From contig OZ024740.1 in assembly GCA_964016885.1 (NCBI GenBank), forward strand, positions 367,474,001-367,538,000: a stretch of 64,000 bases of DNA, written 5' to 3'. The notes under the pieces are model-generated. The model was not told where the DNA came from and searched no databases. It worked only from the letters and a program-made list of their open reading frames with translations. The position numbers and the translations under genes are program-made. Numbering within the stretch: the first letter of the stretch is position 1; each line of letters opens with the position of its first letter. Shown piece by piece: positions 1 to 13,536 of the stretch. This stretch comes from Eledone cirrhosa. Lineage: Eukaryota.

Positions 1-490
1 TAATTGTGCAAATTCTTCTTGCTATGTTAAAAGGAATGTTCGTCTTCGTGTGCTTTGGATGGTTGGAGGTGAATAGCAGGTATTGTTTGGAATCTGTTGG
101 TTTGTAGTGTATGTCAGTTTCAATATTTGTGTCTTTTTTTAAGATTAAGATGTCCAGAAATGGGAGTTGATCTTGGCTGTATTCCATTGTGAATTGGATG
201 CGGTTATTGATGCCGTTAATTAAATTTTTGAAATCATTCAGTTGGTCGAGTGTGTGGGACCAACGAATGAGACAATCATCCAAGTAGCGTTTCCAATTCT
301 CTGATAAATATTTGTGGAAGTTCAATCCGTATTTTGATTTGGACTGTTCATATATCTGGACTTCTAAGTATGCCATGACTAAGTTGGCATAAGTTGGAGC
401 GGCTTTTGTACCCATCGCAGTCCCCGATATTTGCTTGTAAGTACTGCCATTGAAATCAAAACGTTGTTCTGTAAGATAAATTTTAATAAA
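1..490 (-). pseudogene. Penelope-like element RT fragment (Neptune-type, tentative), frameshifted, runs off the window edge
   Basis: Manual minus-strand translation gives KQISGTAMGTKAAPTYANLVMAYLE...NWKRYLDDC...LPFLDILI...TDIHYKPTDSKQYL...HPKHTKTNIPFNIARRICTI; same motif order as the element at 21010-23090. Confidence 0.85.
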
Positions 491-570
491 TAAACCTTAA
501 CATACGTTTGCGCTGACAATACAACAGAACAAATACAAATAAATATGGAAAATATGTTCATTAAAAAATA

Positions 571-975
571 TTTCTACTAACGGAATCATTTTCCTACACA
601 CACACACACAGGCACACACACACACACAACATATATATTCTCTTCATCTTAACATGCTAACCATACTCCCACACACACATAACACCCATACACACACATA
701 TACCCCCCTCCCCCACACACACATAACACCCATACACACACATATAACACCCCCCACACACACAACTCCCTCCCCCATTCCTACTAATAGAATCACTTTC
801 CTACACACATACACACACAAACTATATATATTCTCTCCATCTTAACATACTCCCACACACACACATAACACCCACACACACACACAAACTCCCTCCTCCA
901 TTTCTGCTAATAGTATCATCTTCCTACACACACACAAACACACACACACACACACACACACACAAGCACACAAAT
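571..975. repeat. Three diverged CA-rich tandem units
   Basis: Motif ttct(a/g)ctaa..g.atca..ttcctacacac recurs at about 571, 779 and 902. Confidence 0.6.
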
Positions 976-1833
976 AAACATACATATCTCTACTTTCTTT
1001 ATTTCAATAGAAAGTCTGAATTCTGATCCCTCAGCGAACCAACCATATTCACTGAACCAGAACAATTCTCCCATCCCATTTCTCTTGACCATTATCTTTT
1101 GTTTGTCATAAAATTCTCTAAAAGGCTACAAAATAAATTCCCAAATACGGGCGCGAAATTTAATGAACGTGTTCACGTGACAGCCATAATTTCATTCATA
1201 ACCAATCAAATTACATTTATAAAAAAAAAGCCTTCGCGAGCCCCTTCTTTTTAAGTAAAAAGTAATTCAAACAAACTGGCGCGAAATCTGATGTGCTTAT
1301 TCACGTGTGACTGCATCAACCAACCAAATTTCACTAATATATGAACAACCCCTCCCCCCTGTTTAAAGAACTTTGCAACGCAAACTGGCGCGAAATTTAT
1401 TATACTTATTGAGCAACCAATAAAATTACTTCTCTAAAAACCTTGCGTTTCGATGCACTTTTTTTCCATATAAAACAAGTAACATTCAAAGACCAACCAG
1501 ATGTGAGAAAAACCAGAGACCCTCCATCTCAACTCTAGTTTTGAAAAGCAGAAGGACAGCGAAACCGGTAATGGAACCAAATAAATATATATATTTTTTA
1601 AAAATAAGACTCCAGTTGCATTTTCGATTTCATATTTTTTTCTATATATATATATATCAGAACACACAGTCACATGGAGGAAAGTCACATGGAGTCTACA
1701 GTTGCCATGTGTTTGCCAGAGGGTGCAAGTCGTTGGCTTGTTTAAAGCGTCACATTCATGCCTCATTTTTTTGAGTATATTATCGGGCGATGGCAATGAT
1801 CGAACACGAGTTTGCGGCCATCATCATCATCCG

Positions 1834-1883
<50 letters not shown>

Positions 1884-1930
1884 ATTTGCGTGTTAGTGTG
1901 TGTGTGTGTATGTTTGTATACATGTGTAAA

Positions 1931-2056
1931 TTATTTATTTGTACAGATTAAAAGTTTAAGCAATTCATTTCTGATTTCACCCCAGCCGATCATGATCACG
2001 CTGAGGATGAAAACAGAAATTCATTGCTTGATCTTTTAGTCTGTACTAATAATAAA
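1931..2056. repeat. Short inverted repeat made of two PLE-like termini, each with only the 3' half of an HHR
   Basis: gtacagattaaaagtttaagcaat...tttcaccccagc is mirrored by gctgaggatgaaa...attgcttgatcttttagtctgtac; related to the terminus at 36912-36980. Confidence 0.6.
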
Positions 2057-2410
2057 TCTTTGCGCTACGGGTATCTAAAGTCTCTTTAGAAGTCCAGTAC
2101 ATGAGTCTTTACACCTGCCGACGAGCCCTGGGATATTATGGTTCTGACACTGTTTATGGCAAAATATACTCTTCTTTGAGTCTCTCCAGTTGTTTTATAG
2201 TTATAAATGTGGGTTACTGCATTTTAATTTACCTTTCCAATTTCTATGTATTTCCCACACATTTCGTAGACTTTATGCTTTTCACTCTATTGCAGCTATT
2301 CACTAATGCAGCTTCATATGCAAATGAGATTAATCACCTCATTTACACACACGAGAAAACTATATATTATCGACAGTTCTCATGTCCAGCAGTTGAAAGC
2401 CTTGGGTGGG

Positions 2411-2454
2411 ACCGTCCTGATGAAGGCCAGTCAATAATGAAATGCATAGACGGT
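2411..2454 (+). ncRNA. Type I hammerhead ribozyme motif, helix II decayed
   Basis: accgtc-CTGATGA-aggccagtcaataat-GAAA-tgca-TA-gacggt: perfect 6-bp helix I, palindromic helix III loop, further atgtcca/tggacat pairing outside; (TA)n follows about 105 nt downstream. Confidence 0.65.
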
Positions 2455-2571
2455 TGTGATGGACATTACCAGAGGGCGTTAGCTCCGGTGTTTGCATAGC
2501 TACTGCTTCCTAAATGTTTCTTGTAAACATACCGTGTTTCTTTAGAAATACGAAATGTTTATATATATATA

Positions 2572-4480
2572 TAACCAAAAGGTTATAAGGTTCGAATTCA
2601 ATTTTACAATAGATTAGAAGCACTCGACCGTAATTTATCTGGAGTATCTGTAATATTAGTCAAAATATTAATACATGAGAAATATTATCATAACCAAAGT
2701 ATATATTTTATTATATATATTTCAAAGGTACAATGGTGTTTCACTACGTTTCCATCGGATACAATATATAAGAGATTGGTTATACGACATACCCCTAAGG
2801 TCTTGAATCTTCAATTCATGTAGTGGTAGTAAGTTATTTCCCCAACACTCAACATTTATATACCACAAATAATATGATAAACTTAGAGAAGAAGAAGACG
2901 TAAAGCAACGAAGAAATATATAAGGGGAGTTGAAACGGAAGATGCGTAGACAAAAGAAGGGAAATAAAGAAAATAAAAGAATGAAAAGGATAAAGAAAAG
3001 GAGAGAATAAAAAAAACTTTGTATTCTAATCCTAGACAAAAAATTCAAAAATTATTCTTATTATTTATCAATGAATCCCGCTTGTATTGGATTACGCTTT
3101 AATAACTTATAATTTTATAATATATCTAGATTATTAGGCATAGATTAATTTCTACGGCAATCGAATATTTAAGTTCGTTACAAATTTATATGCTTAAATG
3201 AATTTAATTTAATTTAGTTCATTCTAGATTATGACAATGTTTTATTATAAAGTAAGATATTGTTATATATTCTATTTAGCATTATAATGCAACATTAAAT
3301 ATTTTGTCTTTAATGTTTATTAAATACCCATTAAATATGTATCAACATGTATTAAAATGCATATATTCACATCAATATATAATTTATTTTGTTCATTTAT
3401 CATCTAAATTAATTCAAAACTCCACTTTAGGTGAAACTTCGTTATTTTTTATATTTTCATTTATTTTTTCAAATCTAGATATGGTTATATTTACTCTCCA
3501 TAAACTTTATTTCCATTAATGAAGGGTTATATTTATATTTACTGCAATACTTAATTATTCTAATATATATAGTTTACGTTTAATGATAGTCTATGTACTA
3601 TTAAACTATTAATTATTATTTATTAATCTATATTTTATATATACATATTTTGCAAGCTAATATAATTTACAGACAATGTAAAAAAAAAGGAAGATAACTC
3701 TTTTACAATGCAAAAAATATTTTTTTAACTTTGAGGGAATATCTTCTCTCTCGTCCAACGATTTTTTAAGTTCCTCAACATATCTAATCTATATACCTTA
3801 ATTGATGTCTAATTAAATAGTGAACTATCCTAATCAATTCGTAGGATAAAACTCTCAATGAGTTTATGCTATTACATATAAATATCTATAATTTTTACTT
3901 CAATTAAGCAAATTTACATATATTCAAGGAGTTATATGTCCGTATTTTTTTTGAACTGGTACATTGCCTGGAAATTCTTACAATTTTATGATGAAAAGAA
4001 CTAAATAATTCTTTTTGTTGATTAAATTGTCATAGTTAGTGATTAGTTGATGGATTTCCTCGTAGCAAAGATGGCAAAATTCTGAGATTGCAAAGTTCGG
4101 GTAGGGGATAGCAAATCCTAATTTTCTCCAAGATACGGAGTATTTAATGTTATTGTCTTTTAATGACCATACTAATTGTGAAAATGAAGTTGATAATTTT
4201 TTATCCGGTCTATTAAAAGTATGCTTGTGATTTTACCAACGGTCCTTAGATGAAGTGGAACCTATGTGATTATAGACATTACCATTTACCTCAATGATAC
4301 ATTTGTATACATTATTTTTATCAAGGCAATTATTTTGTAGTGGGCATGCGGACGTATTTCTACAATGATATTTATTCGCATTGTTATTTAAAGGTATTAT
4401 ACCATTCACATTGCTATTTAAAGGCATTATACTATTATTCATGTTTAGACTATTAGTATCTCCAGGCTTTCTGCTAATAG
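2572..4480 (-). mobile_element. 5'-truncated PLE (YRDD-type family): GIY-YIG remnant, long AT-rich 3' UTR, decayed HHR at 2700-2770, end at (TA)n
   Basis: 4233-4442 gives CRNTSACPLQNNCLDKNNVYKC...HIGSTS, continuing to LSTSFSQLVWSLKD...CHLCYEEI; terminal motif tatatattgtat-CCGATGG...GAAA-tatata-TA-ataaaatatata. Confidence 0.75.
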
Positions 4481-4884
4481 ATCTATATTTAATAGTAAGG
4501 CAGAATATTATAATGAAGCGCTACATTAAGCTGGATATAACAATAACATTGAGTATATATATAAACATACTGAAATACAACAAAATAAAATTAATTATAA
4601 TCATCATAAAAATGAATATAAACATAACAACTGGATGAATAAATCAAAGAAAGTAAGAACAAGATCTATAATTTGGTATGCACCGACAGCATCCTTAGGT
4701 ATTAAGACACCTGTAGCACACTTATTCTTTAAAGCTTTAGATAAATGCTTCCCTACATCTCATACATATTATCTTCAACAGACATACAGTTAAGCTCTCT
4801 TACTCAACTACTATGAATATAGCTCAAAATATAGCCAAAATAAATAATAAGGATCTAAAATCAAACCAACCTCTACTAAGCAAT

Positions 4885-5071
4885 GATTGTTTCTACTTTT
4901 GGCACAAGGCCAGCAATTACGCAGTGCATAACAGGTACTTTATTTTATTGACCTCGTAAGGATGAAAGGCAAAGTTAACGTCGGCGGGATTTGAACTCAG
5001 ATCATAAAGGACCGTAACACTTTGCTGCAAAGCATGAAGTCCGACCCTCTACCGATACTGCCAATTCACCG
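4885..5071 (-). mobile_element. tRNA-derived SINE with 15-bp target-site duplication
   Basis: Minus strand has A box TGGCAGTATCGG, B box GAGTTCAAATCC and core gcctttcatccttacgaggtc; TSD cctctactaagcaat at 4870-4884 and 5072-5086. Confidence 0.85.
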
Positions 5072-5083
5072 CCTCTACTAAGC

Positions 5084-5158
<75 letters not shown>
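5084..5158. repeat. (TAA)n microsatellite, Dong target
   Basis: Direct reading; further (TAA)n tracts at 7659-7728 and 10828-10858 separate the copies. Confidence 0.95.
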
Positions 5159-7660
5159 CAGAACCGCATGTTCGACAACAACCAGAAGACAGAACCGCAT
5201 GTTCGACAACAACCAGAAGATGCTGCTTGGACAGCTTGAGGGGAAAGAAAGAGGCAACGACTTGATCCCTGGGGCGGAACAAACTAAAACATTCTGGAGA
5301 GGAATATGGGAGCAGGATGTTAGACATAATGTCCAGGCAGGGTGGATTGAGACAGTACAGAGGGAGATCGGTGAGCAGGCACAGCAACAGACTGATTTGA
5401 GTATCACAGTTGAAACTCTTAAGGGGCAAGCCAAAAAACTAACCAACTGGAAATCACCAGGCCCAGATGGTGTGCAGGGGTATTGGATTAAACATTTAAC
5501 ATCCCTCCACCCGAAGCTGACGGCCATGTTCAATGACTGCTTGGTGTCGGGTGAGGTGCCAGAGTGGTTGACAAAAGGTACCACAGTTCTGATAATGAAA
5601 GACCGAATCAAGGGTAATGATGTTACCAACTATAGACCTATCACATGTCTGCCCGTAATGTGGAAACTGTTGACGAGCATTGTGTCTGAGGAAATCTACC
5701 ATCAACTCCACACAAACAACTTGTTGCCGGACGAACAGAAAGGATGCCGAAAGAAGTCACGTGGTACAAAGGACCAGTTGCTTATTGATAAGATGGTAAT
5801 GGGGAATTGCAGGAGGAGACACACTGATCTTGCCATGGGATGGATAGACTACAGAAACGCATTTGACATGGTGCCTCATTCCTGGATCACCAAAAGCCTG
5901 GAGATCTTCCGGGTGGCAGATAACATCAGACAGTTGCTGGGCAGGAGTATGGGGTCCTCGGAGACAGAGTTGACATCAACTGGAGTATCCTTGAGAAGCG
6001 TGAAGATCAAGAGAGGTATCTTCCAGGGAGATAGCCTGTCCCCTCTGTTGTTTGTCCTTGCCCTGATGCCCTTGACCATTATGCTGCGAAAAGTGAGAGC
6101 AGGATACAAGTTGGGAAGGGGAGAGCTTACCATCAATCACCTCCTCTTCATGGACGATCTTAAGCTCTTCGGGAAAAGTGAGAAGGAGTTGGATGTGCTT
6201 GTTGACACTGTCCGTATTTTCAGCAGTGATATATGTATGCAGTTTGATATTGGTAAATGTGGAGTCATTGTGATGAGGAGGGGTAGGTTGAGCAGAAGTA
6301 ACGGGATCCAGATACCAACAGGTGAGATGATAAAGGAAATTGACTCTGAGGAACGATACAAGTATTTGGGCGTTCTGGAGGCTGATGGCATAAAGAACAA
6401 AAAAATGAAGGAATTGTTAAGAACTGAATACATTCGGAGAGTAAGGAGCGTATTGAAGTCACATCTGAACAGCAGAAATGCCATAAGCGCAGTAAATTCC
6501 CGAGCTGTGTCTATTATTAGGTACAGTGCGGGAATTCTGAGATGGAATGTTGCTGAACAAAAAGAAATGGATAGGAAGACTAGGAAGCTATTGACTATCT
6601 ACAACATGTTCCACAAGAGGAGTGATGTCGATAGACTCTACCTAAGGAGATCTGAGGGTGGAAGAGGTCTTATCAGCATAGAGGACTGTGTTCAGATGGA
6701 GAAAATCAACCTATACAAATACGTGACCTATAGTAAGGAGCCAATGCTCAGAGCTGTACTGAAGGAGGGGACAGTAGGCCAGGGGATATCCAAGGAGGAA
6801 ATAACATCAAGGAGGAAGAGCAGCCTTAAGGGAAAATCCCTTCATAGTACCTTCTTTGAGAAAACTGAATTTAGAGATCCACAGACATGGAACTGGTTGA
6901 GAAGAGGAGACCTCAAAAGGCTACAGAAGGAATGCTAATGGCTGCGCAGGAGCAGGCCCTCAAAACGAAGTGGTTGAAGCACCATATCTACAAGGAGGAG
7001 GCTAGCCCACTGTGCAGGATCCGTGGAGAGAGAGAGGAGACTGTGGCTCACATTGTGTCCGAGTGTAAACACCTAGCCCAGACCCACTATAAGGGCTGGA
7101 GACACGATGTGATGGGCAGGGTGATCCACTGGCACCTGTGCAAAGTAAACAATCTACCACATTCTGAGAAATGGTATGAGCATAGGCTAGAGGCGGTGAT
7201 GGAGAACAGTCAGGTGAAGGTGCTGTGGGATTTTAGGATATAGACGGACAAAAAACTGGAACACAATAGACCTGACCTGGTGGTGTGGACAAAGAAAAAA
7301 GATCGTGCCTGATTGTGGATGTGGCCTGCCCGTTCGACACGAGAGTGCAAGAGAAGGAGAGGGAGAAAATTAACCGATACCAGGACCTAAAGTGGGAGGT
7401 GAAAAGGATTTGGAACTGCCATGAAGTAAAGTGATCCCGATTGTCATAGGCGCACTGGGGACTATCTCCAAAGGTTTCCAGGGATGGTTAAAGAAAATCG
7501 GCCCCTTCACGCTTTTTGGAACGCTTCAAAAGGCATGCTTGCTTGGAACGGCAAGAACCCTCCGATACGTCCTGAATATCTGAGGCTGCAGGTAGTGGCT
7601 TGATATTCAATCCAACGGACTTTCCAGTTAACCAACATCAATGACTGAGATTCAAGGAAT
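5159..7660 (+). mobile_element. R4/Dong-clade non-LTR retrotransposon, copy 1 (5'-truncated, frameshifted)
   Basis: ORF 5199-6938 has RT motifs KSPGPDG, NYRPITCL, GIFQGDSLSPLLF, HLLFMDD, YKYLG; the downstream zinc knuckle and RLE domain are broken by frameshifts; flanked by (TAA)n. Confidence 0.92.
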
Positions 7661-7696
7661 AACAATAACAATAATAATAATAATAATAATAATAAT

Positions 7697-7726
<30 letters not shown>

Positions 7727-7728
<2 letters not shown>

Positions 7729-10700
7729 GACAGGCGAGCCGGTGGGAAATGAAGGTGAGGAGGTCCTGAGAACGGAGGAACCACCCGAAGCAGACAATGA
7801 TCTGAGTACTGAGATAAATAATACCTGGAACAGAGATACGGCCACTAAGGAGATGAATGCTGACGGGCTAGGACAAGATTCGGTTGACATCCTAAATTTA
7901 GTGGTAGATGAATTGAACAATGATAGTGGGAGACCTATGAACCTAAGATTTGTAGACAGGAAAAAGTTAAAAGAAACAACAGCTAAGGTAAACAAAGTCA
8001 TCCCATACCTTGAGGCGAGGAGCTTTCACCAGTGCAACAATATCCTCAGAGCAACAGCAAATACGGTGAGGAAACTACTTGGTATAAAAGCGAGAGGAAA
8101 CAACAGACAAGAAAGAGCAGAGCCGTGGTGGAAGAAGCGACTGAGTGGGCAAATCGGGGAAATGAGAAATGACATAGGAAAGCTTGAGTCACTACTGAAT
8201 GGGACACTAAAAAACATAGGCACTAAAAATAGACTGGAAATAAAATACAAAACTAGGAGTAAAAAGCTAAATATTATCATAGAGGAATTGAAGCAACGCA
8301 TTGTAGCAAAGAGTGCAAAAATCAGGCGATACGAGAACAGAGTCAGTCAGTATAAACAGAACCGCATGTTCGACAACAACCAGAAGATGCTGTTTGGACA
8401 GCTTGAGGGCAAAGAAAGAGGCAACGACTTGATCCCTGGGGCGGAGCAAATTAAAACATTCTGGAGAGGAATATGGGAGCAGGATGTTAGACACAATGCC
8501 CAGGCAGGGTGGATTGAGACAGTACAGAGGGAGATCGGTGAGCAGGCACGGCAACAGACTGATTTGAGTATCACAGTTGAAACTCTTAAGGGGCAAGCCA
8601 AAAAACTAACCAACTGGAAATTACCAGGCCCAGATGGTGTGCAGGGGTATTGGATTAAACATCTAACATCCCTCCACCCGAAGCTGACGGCCATGTTCAA
8701 TGACTGCTTGCTGCCGGGTGAGGTGCCAGAGTGGTTGACAAAAGGTACCACAGTTCTGATAATGAAAGACCGAATCAAGGGTAATGATGCTACCAACTAC
8801 AAACCTATCACATGTCTGCCCGTAATGTGGAAACTGTTGACGAGCATTGTGTCTGAGGAAATCTACCATCACCTCCACACAAACAACTTGTTACCGGACG
8901 AACAGAAAGGATGCCGAAAGAAGTCACGTGGTACAAAGGACCAGTTGCTTATTGATAAGATGGTAATGGGGAATTGCAGGAGGAGACACACTGATCTTGC
9001 CATGGGATGGATAGACTACAGAAAAGCATTTGACATGGAGCCTCATTCCTGGATCACCAAAAGCCTGGAGATCTTCAGGGTGGCAGATAACATCAGACAG
9101 TTGCTAGGCAGGAGTATGGGGTCCTGGGAGACAGAGTTGACATCAACTGGAATATCCTTGGGAAGCGTGAAGATCAAGAGAGATATCTTCCAGGGAGATA
9201 GCCTGTCCCCTCTGTTGTTTGTCCTTGCCCTGATGCCCTTGACCATTATGCTGCGAAAAGTGAGAGCAGGATACAAGTTGGGAAGGGGAGAGCTTACCAT
9301 CAATCACCTCCTCTTCATGGACGATCTTAAGCTCTTCGGGAAAAGTGAGAAGGAGTTGGATGTGCTTGTTGACACTGTCCGTATTTTCAGCAGTGATATA
9401 TGTATGCAGTTTGGTATTGGTAAATGTGGAGTCATTGTGATGAAGAGGGGTAGGTTGAGCAGAAGTAACGGGATCCAGATACCAACAGGTGAGATGATAA
9501 AGGAAATTGACTCTGAGGAAGGATACAAGTATTTGGGCGTTCTGGAGGCTGATGGCATAAAGAACAAAAAAATGAAGGAATTGTTAAGAACTGAATACAT
9601 TCGGAGAGTAAGGAGCGTATTGAAGTCACATCTGAACAGCAGAAATGCCATAAGCGCAGTAAATTCCTGAGCTGTGTCTATTATTAGGTACAGTGCGGGA
9701 ATTCTGAGATGGAATGTTGCTGAACAGAAAGAAATGGATAGGAAGACTAGGAAGCTATTGACTATCTACAACATGTTCCACAAGAGGAGTGATGTCGATA
9801 GACTCTACCTAAGGAGATCTGAGGGTTGAAGAGGTCTTATCAGCATAGAGGACTGTGTTCAGATGGAGAAAAACAACCTATACAAATACGTGACCTATAG
9901 TAAGGAGCCAATGCTCAGAACTGTACTGAAGGAGGGGACAGTAGGCCAGGGGATGTCCAGGGAGGAAATAACATCAAGGAGGAAGAGCAGCCTTAAGGGA
10001 AAACCCCTTCATAGTACCTTCTTTGAGAAAACTGAATTTAGAGATCCACAGACATGGAACTGGTTGAGAAGAGGAGACCTCAAAAAGGTTACAGAAGGAA
10101 TGCTAATGGCTGCGCAGGAGCAGGCCCTCAAAACGAAGTGGTTGAAGCACCATATCTACAAGGAGGAGGCTAGCCCACTGTGCAGGATCTGTGGAGAGAG
10201 AGAGGAGACTGTGGCTCACATTGTGTCCGAGTGTAAACACCTAGCCCAGACCCACTATAAGGGCTGGAGACACGATGTGATGGGCAGGGTGATCCACTGG
10301 CACCTGTGCAAAGTAAACAATCTACCACATTCTGAGAAATGGTATGAGCATAGGCCAGAGGCGGTGATGGAGAACAATCAGGTGAAGGTGCTGTGGGATT
10401 TTAGGATACAGACGGACAAGAAACTGGAACACAATAGACCTGACCTGGTGGTTGTGGACAAAGAAAAAAGATCGTGTCTGATTGTGGATGTGGCCTGCCC
10501 GTTCGACACGAGAGTGCAAGAGAAGGAGAGGGAGAAAATTAACCGATACCAGGACCTAAAGTGGGAGGTGAAAAGGATTTGGAACTGCCATGAAGTCAAA
10601 GTGATCCCGATTGTCATAGGCGCACTGGGGACTATCTCCAAAAGTTTCCAGGGATGGTTAAAGAAAATCGGCCCCTTCACGCTTTTTGGAACGCTTCAAA

Positions 10701-10830
10701 AGGCATGCTTGCTTGGAACAGCAAGAACCCTCCGATACGTCCTGAATATCTGAGGCTGCAGGTAGTGGCTTGATATTCAATCCAACGGACTTTCCAGTTA
10801 ACCAACATCAATGACTGAGATTCAAGGAAT
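7727..10830 (+). mobile_element. R4/Dong-clade non-LTR retrotransposon, copy 2 (longest; RT, CCHC knuckle, restriction-like endonuclease; two in-frame stops)
   Basis: ORFs 7742-9670 and 9863-10753 share a frame; CRICGEREETVAHIVSEC, RHD, RPDLVVVD...IVDVACPFD...EKINRYQDL; 3' UTR identical to copy 1. Confidence 0.93.
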
Positions 10831-10855
10831 AACAATAACAATAATAATAATAATA

Positions 10856-12783
10856 ATGAATGGGACACTAAAAAACATATACACTAAAAATAGACTGGAA
10901 ATAAATTAGAAAACTAGGAGGAAAAAGCTAAATATTATCATAGAGGAACTGAAGAAACGCATTGTAGCAAAGAGTGCAAAAATTAGGCGATACGAGTCAG
11001 TATAGACAGAACCGCATGTTTAACAACAACCAGAAGATGCTCTTTGGACAGTTTGAAGGGAAAAAAGAGGCAACGACTTGATCCCTGAGGCGGAACAAAC
11101 TAAAATATTCTGGAGAGCAATATGGGAGCAGGATGTTAAACATAATGACCAGGCAGTGTGGATTGAGACAGTACAAAAGGAGATTAGTGAACAGGCACAC
11201 CAACAAACTGATTTGAGTATCACAGTTGAAACTCTTAAGGGGCAGGCCAAAACACTAACCAACTGGAAATCACCAGGCCCAGATGGTGTGCAGGGGTATT
11301 GGATTAAAAATATAACATCCCTCCACCCTAAACTGACAACCATGTTCAATGGCTGCTTGATGTCAGGTGAGATACCAGAGTGGTTGACAAAAGGTACCCC
11401 AGTTCTGGTAATGAAAGACCGAATCAAGGGTAATGATGTTACCAACTATAGACCTATCACATGTCTGTCCGTAATGTGGAAACTGTTGACGAGCATTATG
11501 TCTGAGGAATTCTACCATCACCTCCACACAAACAACTTGTTACCGGACGAACAGAAAGGATGCCGAAAAATGTCCCGTGGTACAAAGGACCAGTTACTTA
11601 TTGATAAGATGGTAATGAGGAATTGCAAGAGGAGACACACTGGTCTTGCCATGGGATGGATAGACTACAAAAAGGCATTTGACATGGTGCCTCATTCTTG
11701 GATCACCAAAAGCCTAGAGATCTTCAAGGTGGCAGATAACATCAGACAGTTGTTGGGCAAAAGTATGAAGTCCTGGAAAACAGAGTTAACATCAGCTGGA
11801 GAATCCTTGGGAGGCGTGAAGATCAAGTGATTTATCTTCCAGGGAGATAGCCTGTCCCCTTTGTTGTTTGTCCTTGCCCTGATGCCCCTGGCCATTATAC
11901 TGTTGAAAGTGAGAGCAGGATACAAGTTGGGAAAGGGAGAGCTTACCATCAATCACCTTCTCTTCATGGACGATCTTAAGCTCTTCGGGAAGAGTGAGAA
12001 GGAGTTGGATGTGCTTGTTGACACTGTCCGTATTTTCAGCAATGATATATGTATGCAATTTGGTATTAGTAAGTGTGGAGTCCTTGTGATGAAGAGGGTG
12101 TAAATTGAGCAGAAGCAACGGAATCCAGGTACCAACAGGTGAGATGATAAAGGAAATTGACACTGAAGAAGGATACAAGTATTTGGGTGTTCTGGAGGCT
12201 GATGATATTAAGAACAAAAAAATGAAGGAATTGATAAGATCTGAATACATTCGGAGAGTAAGGAGCGTATTAAAGTCACATCTGAACAGTCCGTATGCCA
12301 TAAGTGCAGTAAATTCCAGAGCTGTGTCTATTATTAGGTACAGTGCGAGAATTCTGAGATGGAATGTTGCTGAACAAAAAGAAATGGATAGGAAGACTAG
12401 GAAGCTATTGACTATCTAGAACATGTTCCACAAGAGGAGTGATGTCGATAGACTCTACCTAAGGAGATCTGAGGGTGGAAGAGGTCTTATCAGCATAGAG
12501 GACTGTGTTCAGATGGAGAAAAACAACCAACACAAATACGTGACTGATAGTAAGGAGCCAATGCTCAGAATTGTATTGAAGGAGAGGACAATAGACCAGG
12601 GGATGTCCAAGGAGGAAATAACAACAAGGAGAAAGCGCAGCCTTAATGAAAAATCACTTCATAGTACCTTCTTTGAGAAAACTGAATTCAGAGATCCACA
12701 GACATGGAACTGGTTGAAAAGAGGAGACCTTAAAAAGGCTACAGAAGAAATGCTAATGGCTGCGCAAGAGCAGGCCCTCAAAG
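10856..12783 (+). mobile_element. R4/Dong-clade copy 3 (more diverged, truncated at both ends)
   Basis: Fragment ORFs 11078-11830, 11861-12103, 12105-12419 and 12423-12815 align to copy 2; similarity stops abruptly at AQEQALK. Confidence 0.9.
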
Positions 12784-13291
12784 AATCTTCAACTTCTCTA
12801 TCTAGCCTATTATAGGACCTAAATCGAGAAAAGGTTGAATATTCGCTGATTTGGAATATTATTTCAAAAGCTACTCCTTTTAATTCCTCTTCAGAAAATT
12901 GCGATCTTTGTATAGAGGAAATATTCTATATATTAAAGACCCCAAATCCCCTGAATTTAAGGAATAATTTATTCAGTTGCTGCAGACATTGAACTCAACG
13001 TTTAAATATAAATATAAATTTAAAATGTAGTATATAATTAATTAATTAATTAATTTGATTAATTTCTGAAACCTGTCGATGAATCATTAGATTCCTTCAT
13101 CTTTTTCATTTTCTTTGCTTAAGTACTCAAGTATAAATAAATTTTCTTCCTAAATATAAATATAAATATAATAAACTATTCTAGAGAAATATATTGAGAG
13201 CTCTTGAAAGGAGAAAATATTTTTTATATTTTTTATATTTTTTATATTTTTTATTTTTTATTTTATTTTTTATTATGTTTGCTTTTATTCT

Positions 13292-13536
13292 GATAGCTTA
13301 TCATAATTTTAGAAAGATTGTCCTTTCAATATCTTGAGTAAAATATACGTAAGATCAATTTCTATACTAAATCTTTTAAACATATCATTTTAACTTAACA
13401 TATTCTATAATATAGATAGCTTCTCATAATTTTCGAATGTTTGTCCTTTCAATATCTTGAGTAAAATATACGTAAGATAAATTTCTATACTAAATCTTTT
13501 AAACATATTATTTTAACTTAAAATATTCTATAATAT
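13292..13536. repeat. Tandem duplication of about 124 bp in the PLE 3' UTR
   Basis: gatagctt.tcataattt...tattctataatat occurs at 13292 and 13416. Confidence 0.8.

Noticed and set aside
4885-5071. A and B boxes as a tRNA gene
   Set aside because: No cloverleaf; four dispersed copies with TSDs indicate a SINE.
9668-9829. Two in-frame TGA codons in Dong copy 2 as possible selenocysteine or readthrough
   Set aside because: The other copies have CGA/AGA (Arg) and GGA (Gly) at these sites, so these are ordinary nonsense mutations.
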